A stretch of 64,000 nucleotides of DNA, taken from Mobula hypostoma (lineage: Eukaryota). The stretch lies in contig NC_086126.1 of NCBI RefSeq assembly GCF_963921235.1, positions 17,856,001 to 17,920,000 on the forward strand, read 5' to 3'. Position 1 is the first letter of the stretch. Each line of letters begins with the position of its first letter. Below the pieces are notes generated by a model. That model was not told where the DNA came from. It was given only the letters and a program-made list of their open reading frames with translations, and made no database searches. Positions 13,155 through 23,820 of the stretch are shown in pieces. The position numbers and the translations under genes were made by a program.

Positions 13155-13505
13155 GTTCATTCTGTACCCGTCAGTCTCCGGTACAGTGTGAGAGTGTGGG
13201 GTTCATTCTGTACCTGTCAGTCTCTGGTACAGTGTGAGCGTGTGGGGTTCATTCTGTACCTGTCAGTCTCCGGTACAGTGTGAGAGTGTGGCGTTCATCC
13301 TGTACCCGTCAGTCTCCGGTACAGTGTGGGGTTCATCCTGTACCCGTCAGTCTCCGGTACAGTGTGAGAGTGTGGCGTTCATCCTGTACCCATCAGTCTC
13401 CGGTACAGTGTGAGAGTGTGGGGTTCATCCTGTACCTGTCAGTCTCTGACACAGTGTGAGAGTGTGGCGTTCATCCTGTACCGTCAGTCTCCAGTACAGT
13501 GTGGG
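13155..13505. repeat. 46-bp minisatellite, about 8 copies
   Basis: Unit gttcatcctgtacccgtcagtctccggtacagtgtgagagtgtggg at 13155, 13201, 13247, 13293 (short), 13331, 13377, 13423, 13469. Confidence 0.95.
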
Positions 13506-13611
13506 AGTTGATACTTAGCACTGTGTCTCCCAGTCTCTCATGTGTAAGTGTATATAAGTTCTTTAGATTCATCCTCACAATTGAATTCTTTTTAACTTTT
13601 TAAACAATATC

Positions 13612-14078
13612 ATCCAATGCGATGTGGCCATACATTTGTTGGAGGAACAACACTTTACATTCCATCTGGGTAGATTCCAACCTGAGGGCATGAACATCGA
13701 ACTCTCGCATTTCTGGTAATGCCTCCCACTGTCCCCACCTTCACCATTTTCCATCATCTTGCCCACCCACCATCTCCCTCTGGTGCTCCTCCCCCCTTTT
13801 CTTTCTTCCATGGCCTCCTGTCTCTTCCACTAATCAACTTCCCAGCTCTTTACTTCATCCGTCCCCTTACAGGTTTCACTCACCTTATTTTTCTCACCCC
13901 TACCCCACCTTTTAAATCTACTCCTCCCATTTTCTCCTTAAGTCCTGCTGAAGGGTTTTGCCCAAAACATTGGCTGTGTTTTTTTTTCTATTGATGCTGC
14001 CTGACCCGCTGAGTTTGTTCAGTATTTTGTGTGTGTGGCTTGGATTTCCAGCATCTGCAGACTTTCTCTTGTTTGTGA
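13612..14078 (+). mobile_element. 5'-truncated Penelope-like element (GIY-YIG C-terminus, pyrimidine tract, terminal repeat with decayed hammerhead near 13941)
   Basis: LEEQH-type endonuclease end homologous to 37790-37870; agtcctgctgaaggg...; tail ttccagcatctgcaga. Confidence 0.85.
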
Positions 14079-14574
14079 CACAATGCTGTACATTGCTATC
14101 TCAGTGATGATGCATCTGGTTACGTTGTACTAATCTGAATGGACTTTGGAGCAGAGCATCTGGAGTAACAAGCCCAGACCATTCAACCCAACTCTGGTCT
14201 TGTGATAAATGTGTAACTTTCCTCGAGTCTCGGTGTGGGAGGGTTTGACTGGTTTGTATCATGGAGTGACATTTGAGTTGATGGAATTGAGAGTGATTTT
14301 GACTATAGATTTGTAACCAGTGTGTCCACAATGATCAGTGATGGGACCTCTGTCTGATCGGATCAAAATAGACATGGGCTGATCAGATCGCTGACGACAC
14401 GAATGTTGGTGTAGTTGTGGATGGTGAGGAAAGTTTTCAAACAGACAGAATTCCAACTCATCTATATCCACTTCTGTCTGATACACTGAGGGATCTTGAC
14501 GTGTCTGTCCGTATCATCCTGCAAGTGTCATTGAAAGGAAATAAACTGCTATAAAGATCACAGAGGGGGAGCAG

Positions 14575-15300
14575 TCAAGTCAAATCAAGTTGCTTTTTAT
14601 TGTCAATTCGACCATAAACTGCTGGTACAGTACACAGTAAAAACGAAACAGTATTCCTCCAGGACCATGGTGCTACATGAAACAACACAAAACTACACTA
14701 GACTAAGTGAGAGAACACAAGGCTACACTAGACTATGTAAAACAACACAAAAACTACACTAGACTACAGCCCTACACAGAACTACATAAAGAGCACAAAA
14801 CAGTGCAGGGCAGTACAATCAATAATAAACAAGACAACAGGCACAGTGGCGGACAAATTACAATATAATAATAAATGATGTAGATGTCAGTCTAGACTCT
14901 GTGTATTAAGGAGTCTGATGGCTTGGGGGAAGAAACTGTTGCCCAGTGAGAGCCCAAATGTGTTGGTACCTTTTGCTAGATGGCAGGCGGGAGAAGAGTT
15001 TGTATGAGAGGTGCGTGGGGTCCTTCACAATGCTGTTGGCTTTACGGGTGCAGCATGTGATGTAAATGTGTGAAATGGTGGGAAGAGAGACCCCAATGAT
15101 CTTCTCAGCTGATCTCACTATCCGTTGCAGGGTCTTGCGATCCGAGACGGTACAATTCCCGAACCAGGCAGTGATGCAGCTGCTCAGGATGCTGTCGATA
15201 CATCCTCTGTGGAATGTAGTGAGGATGGGGGGTGGCAGTTGGGCTTTTCTCGGCCGTTGCAGAAATTAGAGACGCTGCTGGGCTTTCTTGGCTACGGAGT
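14575..15300 (-). mobile_element. Rex1/Babar-like LINE 3' fragment
   Basis: RSAEKIIGVSLPTI...KANSIVKDPTH...LPS motif; short repeated tail at 14575. Confidence 0.8.
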
Positions 15301-17061
15301 GGATTCGGTGGGGGGGGGGTGGTGACAGTGCAGGGTAATGTAACGGGTGGAAAAGTGCATAATTAATGATCACTGACATTGAGTTGTGTTTCTCTTTAAG
15401 AAGCTGTCTGATGTTACGATGGAAGTACATGAGGTTGTTTTTTAAACTGTGCTTTATGTTTCTGTGTTTGTAGGATAATTAATGAGTTACGGTTTTCCTG
15501 AAACTGAAAATGCCTCATGCCATTTTATTTGTAAAAGCCTTCACACTGCAAGAATACCGCAGTGTCAGTCTGCACCGAGAAAGCCTGATCACATTCTCTT
15601 GCTGTTCAATGGCATTGCTGACTCTGAGTTTACCACCGTCGAATGCCAGCAGGGTCACAATCAGCAGAAACTCTCACAAAGCAGCTCTGTTTGTATTGTG
15701 TGCTTAGTAGGTCTGTGGGAGATACCCAGAATGTGAAACTGTACTAATGGAGAGAGACACACTGAGCCAAGTCACAGCTTGATGGGCAGAGAGGAAAACA
15801 GAGAATTTGATGTTGTGTCCTTATGCCTGAACTATGCCCAGTTACAGGTGTTGTTCCTCCGGACAGTGTTCAGCCTCACTGTAACAGTGTGACATCAGAC
15901 ATCAACATGAAAACTAAAATAATCTCAGCTGAGATATATTCTCGTTCACCTGTTGATCTTTGCAAACATTTTACAGGGCAGAAAAGGCAAGGAATTTCTG
16001 TCTGAGAATCTCAAATGCAACAGCGTGTCACTTCTGCTGTGTCTGTCAGTTCCCCAGCATTTGAATGCTACCAATCACTGAATATGAAGGGGGAGATGGT
16101 TCAGAAGACAGCACACCAGAGTCCCAATACATGCACTTGTCCATGGACTGACCTGATACATGGCCATAGAGTTGATACCAGTGAGCTGACAATCACTACC
16201 ACTCATTTTGGAAGGGATTCATTAGATCAGGGCACTGCACCTGCAGATACACCAGCAAGTTCACCTCAGGGAGGAAGTTAAAATAAGCTCTATATGGGAC
16301 TGTTAATGTCAGATTCCACAGATATTGTGGCTGCTCATCAGATCCAGGACTGAACCCTGGTCACTGAGCATTGAGGGGGTTCATCCCACCATCTTAAAAT
16401 ACACCGGTGTTCAATATTGTGGATCTGTCATAGACAAATAGATCAGTTCCATTTCAAATCCCGTGTCTCAGGTGCTTCCTCCCTGTCACACCAATAATGA
16501 ACAGTCGAGAGGCCACTCAGTCCAGCTGGTACCTGCTTGTGTTCCTATTGCACACCAGAGCTTTCAAACCCATCCCTGCTGTTCACCACTCACTCACCCT
16601 ATAATGTTCAGGATGTAACTGGTCACCGGTCTGGGGATGAAGAGGTTTACCTTGAATTCACTCCATGACTTTCTGTAAACTGCAGAAGATGAATTTACTG
16701 GGGTTTTGTCCCAAATATTCCTCATCCCTCACGGCTCTGGACCAAGGATGAAGTCTTGTGTAGTTAAAATCTTTCTGCCCTGCTCTAGTCATTGTTTTGT
16801 GTCATTTTCACTGATTTCGAAGGGCTGTGCCTCACACTGCCGGGCTGTTGCAATACAACACTCTCCTCTAAAGTACGACAGCAGAATGGTGGAGCAGAAA
16901 CAAGAGAGGTCAACACAAATGAGGGCTTTGGGGCTCCAGATCTGATGGAGGCTCGAGTTTACGTGGAGTAGAAGGAAGGAATCAGACCAGGAGGATGAGG
17001 CTACAAGTGAAAGTTTAGGAACATTTGGAAACTGATTGACTGAAAAAAGAAGTTTATGTTT

Positions 17062-17222
17062 GCAAAATGCTGGAGGGAGTCAGTGGCCCCAGCAGCATCT
17101 ATGGAGAGGAATAAATAGTTGATATTATGGGCCAAGACACTTCATCCTAACTAGACTGTGTATTTCTCTGCTTAGCTGCTGCCTGATCTGCTGAGTTCCC
17201 ACAGTACTTTGTGTGTGTTATT
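17062..17222. mobile_element. Fold-back Penelope terminal-repeat derivative
   Basis: Minus arm caaaatgctggaggg...cagcatctatgg...cttcatc joined to a plus arm starting GACTG at 17154. Confidence 0.7.
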
Positions 17223-17329
17223 TTACAGTTTATTCCCAGCATCTGCTGAACCTCGAGTTTCATATCTGCATTTCAAAGTGAGTGGGACTTTGACAGTTGT
17301 CACACAAAATGCCTGTTGACATTGAGTAA

Positions 17330-17862
17330 TAATCAGGAGAAAATCTGCAGATGCTGGAAATCCAAGGAACACACACAACACGCTGGAGAAACTCTGCAGG
17401 CCAGGCAGCATCTGTGGATAAAAGTACAGCTGACGTTTTGGGCCGAGATTCTTCAGCAGGACTGGAGAAAAAACAATGAGGAGTAAATTTCAAAGGTGGG
17501 GGAGGGGAGAGAGAAACACAAAGTGACAGGTGGAATTGGGAGGGGGAGAGATGAAGTAAAGAGCTGGGAGGTTGATCGGTGAAAGAGATACAGGGCTGGA
17601 GAAGGGGTAATCTGACAGGAGAGAACAGGAGGCCATGGATGAATGAAAAGTGGGGAGGAACACCGGAGGGAGGCGATGGGCAGGCAACGAGAGGGAAAGG
17701 GGGATTGGGAATGATGAGGGAGGGGAGGCTTGACTGGAAGATCAAGAAATCGATGTTAGTGCCATCAGATTGGAGTCGTCCCAGACAGAATGCAACGTGT
17801 TGTTCCTCCTACCTGAGTGTGGCCTCATTGTGACAGTATACGAGGCCATGGATTGACATCTC
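17330..17862 (-). mobile_element. 5'-truncated Penelope-like element with decayed hammerhead near 17428-17464
   Basis: MSIHGLVYCHNEATLR homologous to the GIY-YIG end at 37745-37795; same terminal repeat. Confidence 0.88.
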
Positions 17863-18004
17863 CATTGAGTATATTGTTTGTGGAAGCTTGCTGTGTTCAA
17901 GTAGCCGTGGAGTTTCCTGCATAAAATCATTGACTGCTTTTGAACATGTGGCGTGGAACCAGCACTTGCCCCTCAAATTAATCCAGTATGTTAACAACAG
18001 CACG

Positions 18005-19700
18005 TCACCTCCCTTTTCCAAAATATAATTCAACCACACTATTACCATCCATTCCGTAAGTTTACACAAATGGGACGTCAGTGATATTGGTCTATATCTA
18101 GGAGGATCCAACAGGGGTTTCCCAGGTTTTAGAATAGACACTACAATTGCCATTTTCCATGAGGAGGGTAGATGCCCTGAACTCCAATTATAATTCAGAA
18201 ATGTAATATTATCTCGAAAAGAGTTGTTGACCATATGTTTAAACATGCAATAACATGTATCATCCTTTCCTGGAGCCCTCTGACCTGTACTATAAATAGC
18301 TTTCTTAAATTCACACAAAGAAACTCTACATCACTAATACTATCATTGCTACAGCTGGTTTCCAACACATTAAGGTATTCTTGTAAAACCTTATCCCTAC
18401 ATTGTTTAGTCTCTCCACCTATTTTGATGATGAATTGCAGCAAATGACCAAGCCAGGACTCAACCATCTCTCTTTCAGGAACAATTGTATTACCTACTTT
18501 AATCAATATTCGGAACCCTATGAATCCCACACCCCCATTTTCTTAGTCATTCCCTAAACATCTTCAGGTTTAATATTCCTTCCAATACTTCCAATATGAC
18601 CTCCAGTAAATCTTTTTCACAAGCTTCATTACTTTCCTCACCACGGCCTGTGACCTGTTACACTTAATATGATCACGCGGAGAGTGATGCTTAACTTTCT
18701 GAAATGCCACGTTTCTCTCAGTAACTGCCTCTGCACACTCCTCCGTCCACCATGGTACAGCTTTTCTCCCACTAATGCACTTTTTAAATTGATTATCTTC
18801 CACCACAATTTGATGGATAATGTGACAACGTTGCTTTGCAGAAATCCACATCATCCTCACCATTCAGCCCAGACAGACACTCAGCACATAAAACATTCAA
18901 ACTTCTCCCAATTTGCTTTACCAGAGTTTCACCTCCTAAAAGTGGCCTCAGGCCCCCTATATAAATCCAAACCCAAGCTTATAAACATAGGAAAATGATC
19001 ACTCCCCAATGCCTCATCTCCCATGACATCCCACTACTCACTCCGATGTTCAAAACTAAAGTTAAATTTACAGCATTTTCAAAACTATTATGAACATTAA
19101 ATCTCGTACCTCTCCCACCATAAAGACTAACAGGATATGAAATATCTGAAACTCTTCTATAAACAAAACATCACCTGTCTGAGAACAACCCCACAGTGAA
19201 CTAACGATGTGTTAAAATCCCCACACCATACAACCCTTAGTGAGCTAGAGCTACATATACTCTCCAACAAATCAATCGAAAGCTTTCCACAATGGTTATA
19301 ATAACACAACCACGAGGAAATCTACAGATGCTGGAATTTCAAGCAACACGCATAAAAGTTGCTGGTGAACGCAGCAGGCCAGGCAGCATCTCTAGGAAGA
19401 GGGACAGTCGACGTTATAATAATATACCACTTTATTGCCCCTACCTGTAGAATCAAACGTGTCTTCAAATGCCTCATACATTTCATTTACATCCACAACT
19501 CTATGCCCTCTCCCTCTCTTTAAAAAACTTGCAACACCACCTCCTCTACCAACTAATCTATCACGCTTAATTACAATATAACACTGGAAGGAAGAAGTTA
19601 AATGTGGTAACAAATCAGGTTTCCTGATACATATAACATCACATAGATTTGATAAATCAGAAATACACTTGAAGTCTTGACCATTAGAAATCAGGCTTCT
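18005..19700 (-). mobile_element. Degenerate I/Nimb-like non-LTR retrotransposon (AP endonuclease to start of RT)
   Basis: RSLISNGQ...DVICI...RDRLVGRGGGVASF (endonuclease), KAVPWWTEEC, APGKD...WKMAIVVSILKPGKP...YRPISLTSHLCK; clade assignment is from motif memory. Confidence 0.75.
19305..19412 (-). mobile_element. 108-bp Penelope terminal-repeat insertion with 10-bp TSD
   Basis: gttataataa at 19295-19304 and 19413-19422; insert matches the reverse complement of about 38196-38300. Confidence 0.9.
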
Positions 19701-19703
19701 GGA

Positions 19704-20130
19704 AATCGCCCTTCTGATACAGGCGGGGCGGGAGGGTGCGGAATGTAGTGGGGCGTTTATGATTGGTGAAACAGTGCCTGATCTGATTGGAAAGAGCAAA
19801 TATTCCAATCAGAGCGCTGCCTTATTCATCAATCAAGAGACAGCAACTGTAGAAGCGCGGAAAATACCGTCTAACCGCCGAAATAAACTGACATTTGCAA
19901 AACACCGCCAAAAAAACCTTTGTTGCTGAATTAAACCACAACAGGTTTGTTTGTCGGCTCTTTACCCCCGTTACTGGAGTCCGACACACTTAAACAAAGT
20001 GTAGTTAATATTGCGATGGTGTCTGGGACATTAGTTCACCGATATCTTTCAATTGATAAACGACTGGAATAAAACTGATTCTCAGCTGCTGTTCGCGGTC
20101 GGTCACTGTGTAAACTCAAGTCAGTTTAGC
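19704..20130 (-). promoter_or_regulatory. Orphan paralog of the H2A promoter/spacer with no H2A coding sequence
   Basis: Colinear blocks shared with 11225-11650: tcgccctt, tgattggtg, ccaatca..ctgcctt, gtagaagcgcggaaa, aagtgtagtt.atattg, gtgtctggga, cggtca.tgtgtaaac. Confidence 0.8.
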
Positions 20131-20495
20131 AACGGGTCGCCCGTCAGAAAGTGGACCTTTAACAAATGCTCTGAAAGACCTGTGACAGTGTTCAGCTCTC
20201 CCGTTGGAATGAGGTTAAGAGAAGTAACCAAAATGGGACAAAGCTTAATGCACCCACGGTAATTAAACCAGAAACAACAACTAGCGTCCACGTTAGAGAA
20301 ATCTGATGACCGAGAGGAAGCGACGGGGAAAGGGGTGTGTAACGATTCCGTGTCCGTGCAGTAGGCAGGAATTAACAGAGAAATCGGGATTATAGTGAGC
20401 AGCGGACAGCAAGTTCTGATTGACGGGGATACGATTCTGAATGAGCATTTCGACAAAAAAATTCCAAATTTACCTCAATTCCATGTCTCAACATC

Positions 20496-20539
20496 GTATA
20501 ACTCTTTTAATGAAACTGTGAGTGGCTCTTAAAAGAGCC
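20496..20539 (-). terminator. Histone 3' stem-loop (20524-20539) and downstream element of second H2B
   Basis: Minus strand GGCTCTTTTAAGAGCC-ACTCA, then AAAAGAGTTATA. Confidence 0.94.
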
Positions 20540-20576
20540 TTTGATTTTCCGGTTTGTTTTGTCAGTAAACTTGTCT

Positions 20577-20951
20577 TCACTTGGAGCTGGTGTACTTGGT
20601 CACCGCCTTTGTCCCTTCGGACACGGCGTGCTTGGCCAGCTCCCCGGGCAGCAGCAGGCGCACGGCGGTCTGGATCTCCCGGGAGCTGATGGTTGACCGC
20701 TTGTTGTAATGGGCCAGGCGGGAAGCCTCACCCGCGATGCGCTCGAAAATATCGTTGACGAATGAATTCATGATGCTCATGGCCTTGGAGGAGATGCCGG
20801 TGTCGGGGTGAACCTGCTTCATCACTTTGTAGATGTAGATGGCGTAAGTCTCCTTCCTGGACCTCTTGCGCTTCTTGCCGGTCTTGCTCGCTGGTTTGGA
20901 CAAAGCTTTCTTGGCGCCCTTCTTGGGAGCGGGTTTCGCTGGATCCGGCAT
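20577..20951 (-). CDS. H2B: Histone H2B, 124 aa (true start ATG at 20951)
   Basis: [12 protein letters not shown]...AVTKYTSSK. Confidence 0.98.
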   Translation of the reverse strand: MPDPAKPAPKKGAKKALSKPASKTGKKRKRSRKETYAIYIYKVMKQVHPDTGISSKAMSIMNSFVNDIFERIAGEASRLAHYNKRSTISSREIQTAVRLLLPGELAKHAVSEGTKAVTKYTSSK

Positions 20952-21001
20952 TTCCTCGTCGGTTTCAAACACAATAATGAGCAGAAGCTGCTCGGAGCGC
21001 G

Positions 21002-21132
21002 GATTAAATAGGCAGCGCCCAAAGCGGTATGTTAATGAGCATGGGAATTCTGAGCATTTCCATTGGCTGTTTGGAGAAATGAGTCACCAATCGGAAGGCT
21101 GGGGGATGGGAAGCGGCACCAATGGGCGGGGT
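21002..21132 (-). promoter_or_regulatory. Second H2B promoter
   Basis: ttaaataggcagcgccc shared with the first H2B promoter; weak octamer ATTAACAT at 21029-21036; CCAAT boxes; GC box. Confidence 0.75.
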
Positions 21133-23002
21133 TTACCGCTGTCGTTTGATGCGGGAGGAAGTACTGAAGGGCAGAGACAGGCCGGGGTGCGGGCTGAGAT
21201 TGAAAAGGGAAACGCAAATTTCAAACGCAGAATTAAATAAAATCAGATGAAATTTTGTAAAAATTAAACACTGAGACGTTCAGTTCATGACATAGGGCTT
21301 CAGGAGAGTGAAGGAGAGATTTGGACATTTCAGTGTAAAGTTTAAATCGAGTTTATTTATGCACAGGTGAAAGGAACAACGTATTTGTAGCAGCATCACA
21401 GACACATTGCATCAGAGACACAACATTGACAAGAACTACTGAAATTAAATATGAATTATACCAAAATATTCAAATAGACAGAAGACTATCAGAACAAAAT
21501 CAAAATAACAGACAGATTATGCGGGCAGTGGGAGAATCATCCCTCTTGTGCTTCTTCATCTCCTCACTCTGGATTCAGTGTCACACAACGCTGCCACTTT
21601 GATCTGGCCCATGCCTTCATTAACCAGGTCCAACACTTGCCTTTATTGCATCTTCCATCTCCTTACACTGGTCATTGGGTTTGTGGGGGTGTGCCCAGGG
21701 TTAGTGGGGGTGTGTGCCCCCTTGGACTTTAGGATTAGGTTTGAGGGTGGGGCTGGTGGTTGTATATGTGGGGCTGGGAGAGATAAGGCTGTGGAGTTTA
21801 GTATGGTGAGATATGTGGGGCTATGGTGGATAGGGTAGTGTAGTGTAGCCACTTCAATCTGGCCCATGCCTTCATTAATGTGGCCTGACACAACTTGGCT
21901 TAATGAACCGGGTGTTCAAAGGGACACATCGTCAGTAATGCAACCTGGGGTCATTGGGTGTTTTGGGTCTTTAATCATGAGACATCCTCACCTGGGCAAC
22001 CCAGCCAGGGTTAATCAGACCCGCTTGTGTTTATCCTATGGATCAAGGTAACGAGAGGCATGTAATTCTGCATTTTGTGGGTATTTTAAACCTTGTTGCT
22101 TGGCTTTATTTTGACCATTTGGGGAGTAGAATGTTCTGAGGCCTAGTTATCAGGCTTTACCTCCAGGTAAGGTTCAACTTTCCTACTTTCAATTTAGAAT
22201 TGTCTTTATTTTCCATCTGTATGCCTGGGATTGCATGGGTTAAATTAACAGTGTTCACTGCAGTACAAATTAGTGATTAGGGCTGTGCAGTTTGGTCCAT
22301 AATTCCAAAATGCAAACATCTCTGAAATCCAGATTTTTTTGTGCTGACATGATGTCACAAATGAAGAATTTTACTCAGGATTAAATGGCTTGTCTACTGA
22401 AGAGAGTTTCACGGCTCTGGGCCTCTATTCACTGGAACTTCGAAGAAAGAAGGGTTACCGAATTCAAACCTATCAAATAGTGAAAGGGCTTGAGTGAGTG
22501 GATGTGGAGAGGATTTTTCCTGTGATGGGTGTGTCTAAAACTGGACCACACTGCTTCAAAATAGAGGGGCATCCTTTTAGAATGGAAATGAGGAGGAATT
22601 CCTTCAGCCAGAGAGTGGTGAATCTGTGAATTTTTTTGCTACAGGCAGCTGTGGAGGCCAAATCACTGGGTATAGGCAGAGATTGATAGATTCTTAATTG
22701 GTCAGGGCACAAAGGGATACAAGGGAAGGCAGGAGACTGCAGCTCAGAGGAAAAATTGATCAGTGATGATGAAATGCCAGAGAAGGCTCGACAGGCAAAA
22801 TGGCCGAATTCTGCTCCTGTATCTTATGGTCTTATGGACTCACTTAGTGACTAAATCTCTCCCACAGACTGTTGATCTCAGTTTTGACTCAACCCAGCAA
22901 CTGAGGCTCCACATTACTTATATAAGGAATACAGAAGTTCTTTGTTCTCTGATTAACAAAACATCTCATTTCCATCCTGAATGCTTGTCACCTCATTCTG
23001 AG

Positions 23003-23244
23003 CAACAGACACAAAATGCTGGAGGAAGTCAGCAGGCCAGGCAGCATCTATGGGAAAGAGTAACGAGTCGATGCTTCAGGCTGAGAATCTTCACCCTGAG
23101 ATCTGATGAAGGGTCTCAGCCCGAAGTGTCGACTGTTAACTCTTTTTCATAGAGGCTGCCTGTCCTGCTGAGTTCCTCCACCATTTTGTGTGTGTTGCGT
23201 TGGATTTCCAGCATCAGCAGATTCTCTCGTGTTTGTGATTTATG
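23003..23244. mobile_element. Head-to-head Penelope terminal-repeat dimer with two decayed hammerheads and 12-bp TSD (second copy at about 25344-25570)
   Basis: cctcattctgag at 22991-23002 and 23245-23256; plus-strand ctgatgaagggtctcagcccgaagtgtcgactg at 23103. Confidence 0.88.
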
Positions 23245-23613
23245 CCTCATTCTGAGGGTATTTTCCTCAGTTATGGAGTTCTCATTCAGGGGAAAGATCC
23301 TCCTTGCCTATTGCCTGTCATATCCTGAAAGAATCTAACAGATTTCCTCGTTTTCTCATGAACAGCAGGGAATACAGACCCAGCCCACTCACTCTCCTCT
23401 CACATAACCAACCTTCCATCCCCAGAACCAACCCGGTCAGTGTGGGGAACAGTCATTGCACTCCCTCTATTGCAGGGATATCTTTCCGAGGAAGTGTGAC
23501 CAAACCTGGACACGATACTTAAGGTGTGCTCTCACCAGGGCCCCTATATAATCCCAGTGAGACTTCTGTACCCTCTTGCACAATCCCCCTGGATCACAGG
23601 ACAAAATACTGTT

Positions 23614-23820
23614 TGAACATAGAACATAGAACAGTACAGCACAGTACAGGCCCTTCGGCCCACAATGTTGTGCCGACCCTCAAACCCTGATTCCCATGTA
23701 AATGGAACATAGAACAGTACAGCACAGTACAGGCCCTTCAGCCCACAATGTTGTGCCGACCCTCAAACCCTGCCTCCCATGTAAATAGAACATAGAACAG
23801 TACAGCAGAGTACAGGCCTA
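23614..23820 (-). repeat. Three tandem copies (about 83-90 bp, last partial) of a CR1 3' terminus
   Basis: Repeated gaacatagaacagtacagcacagtacaggccc. Confidence 0.88.

Noticed and set aside
13155-13505. CRISPR-like array
   Set aside because: Eukaryotic context; contiguous units with no unique spacers.
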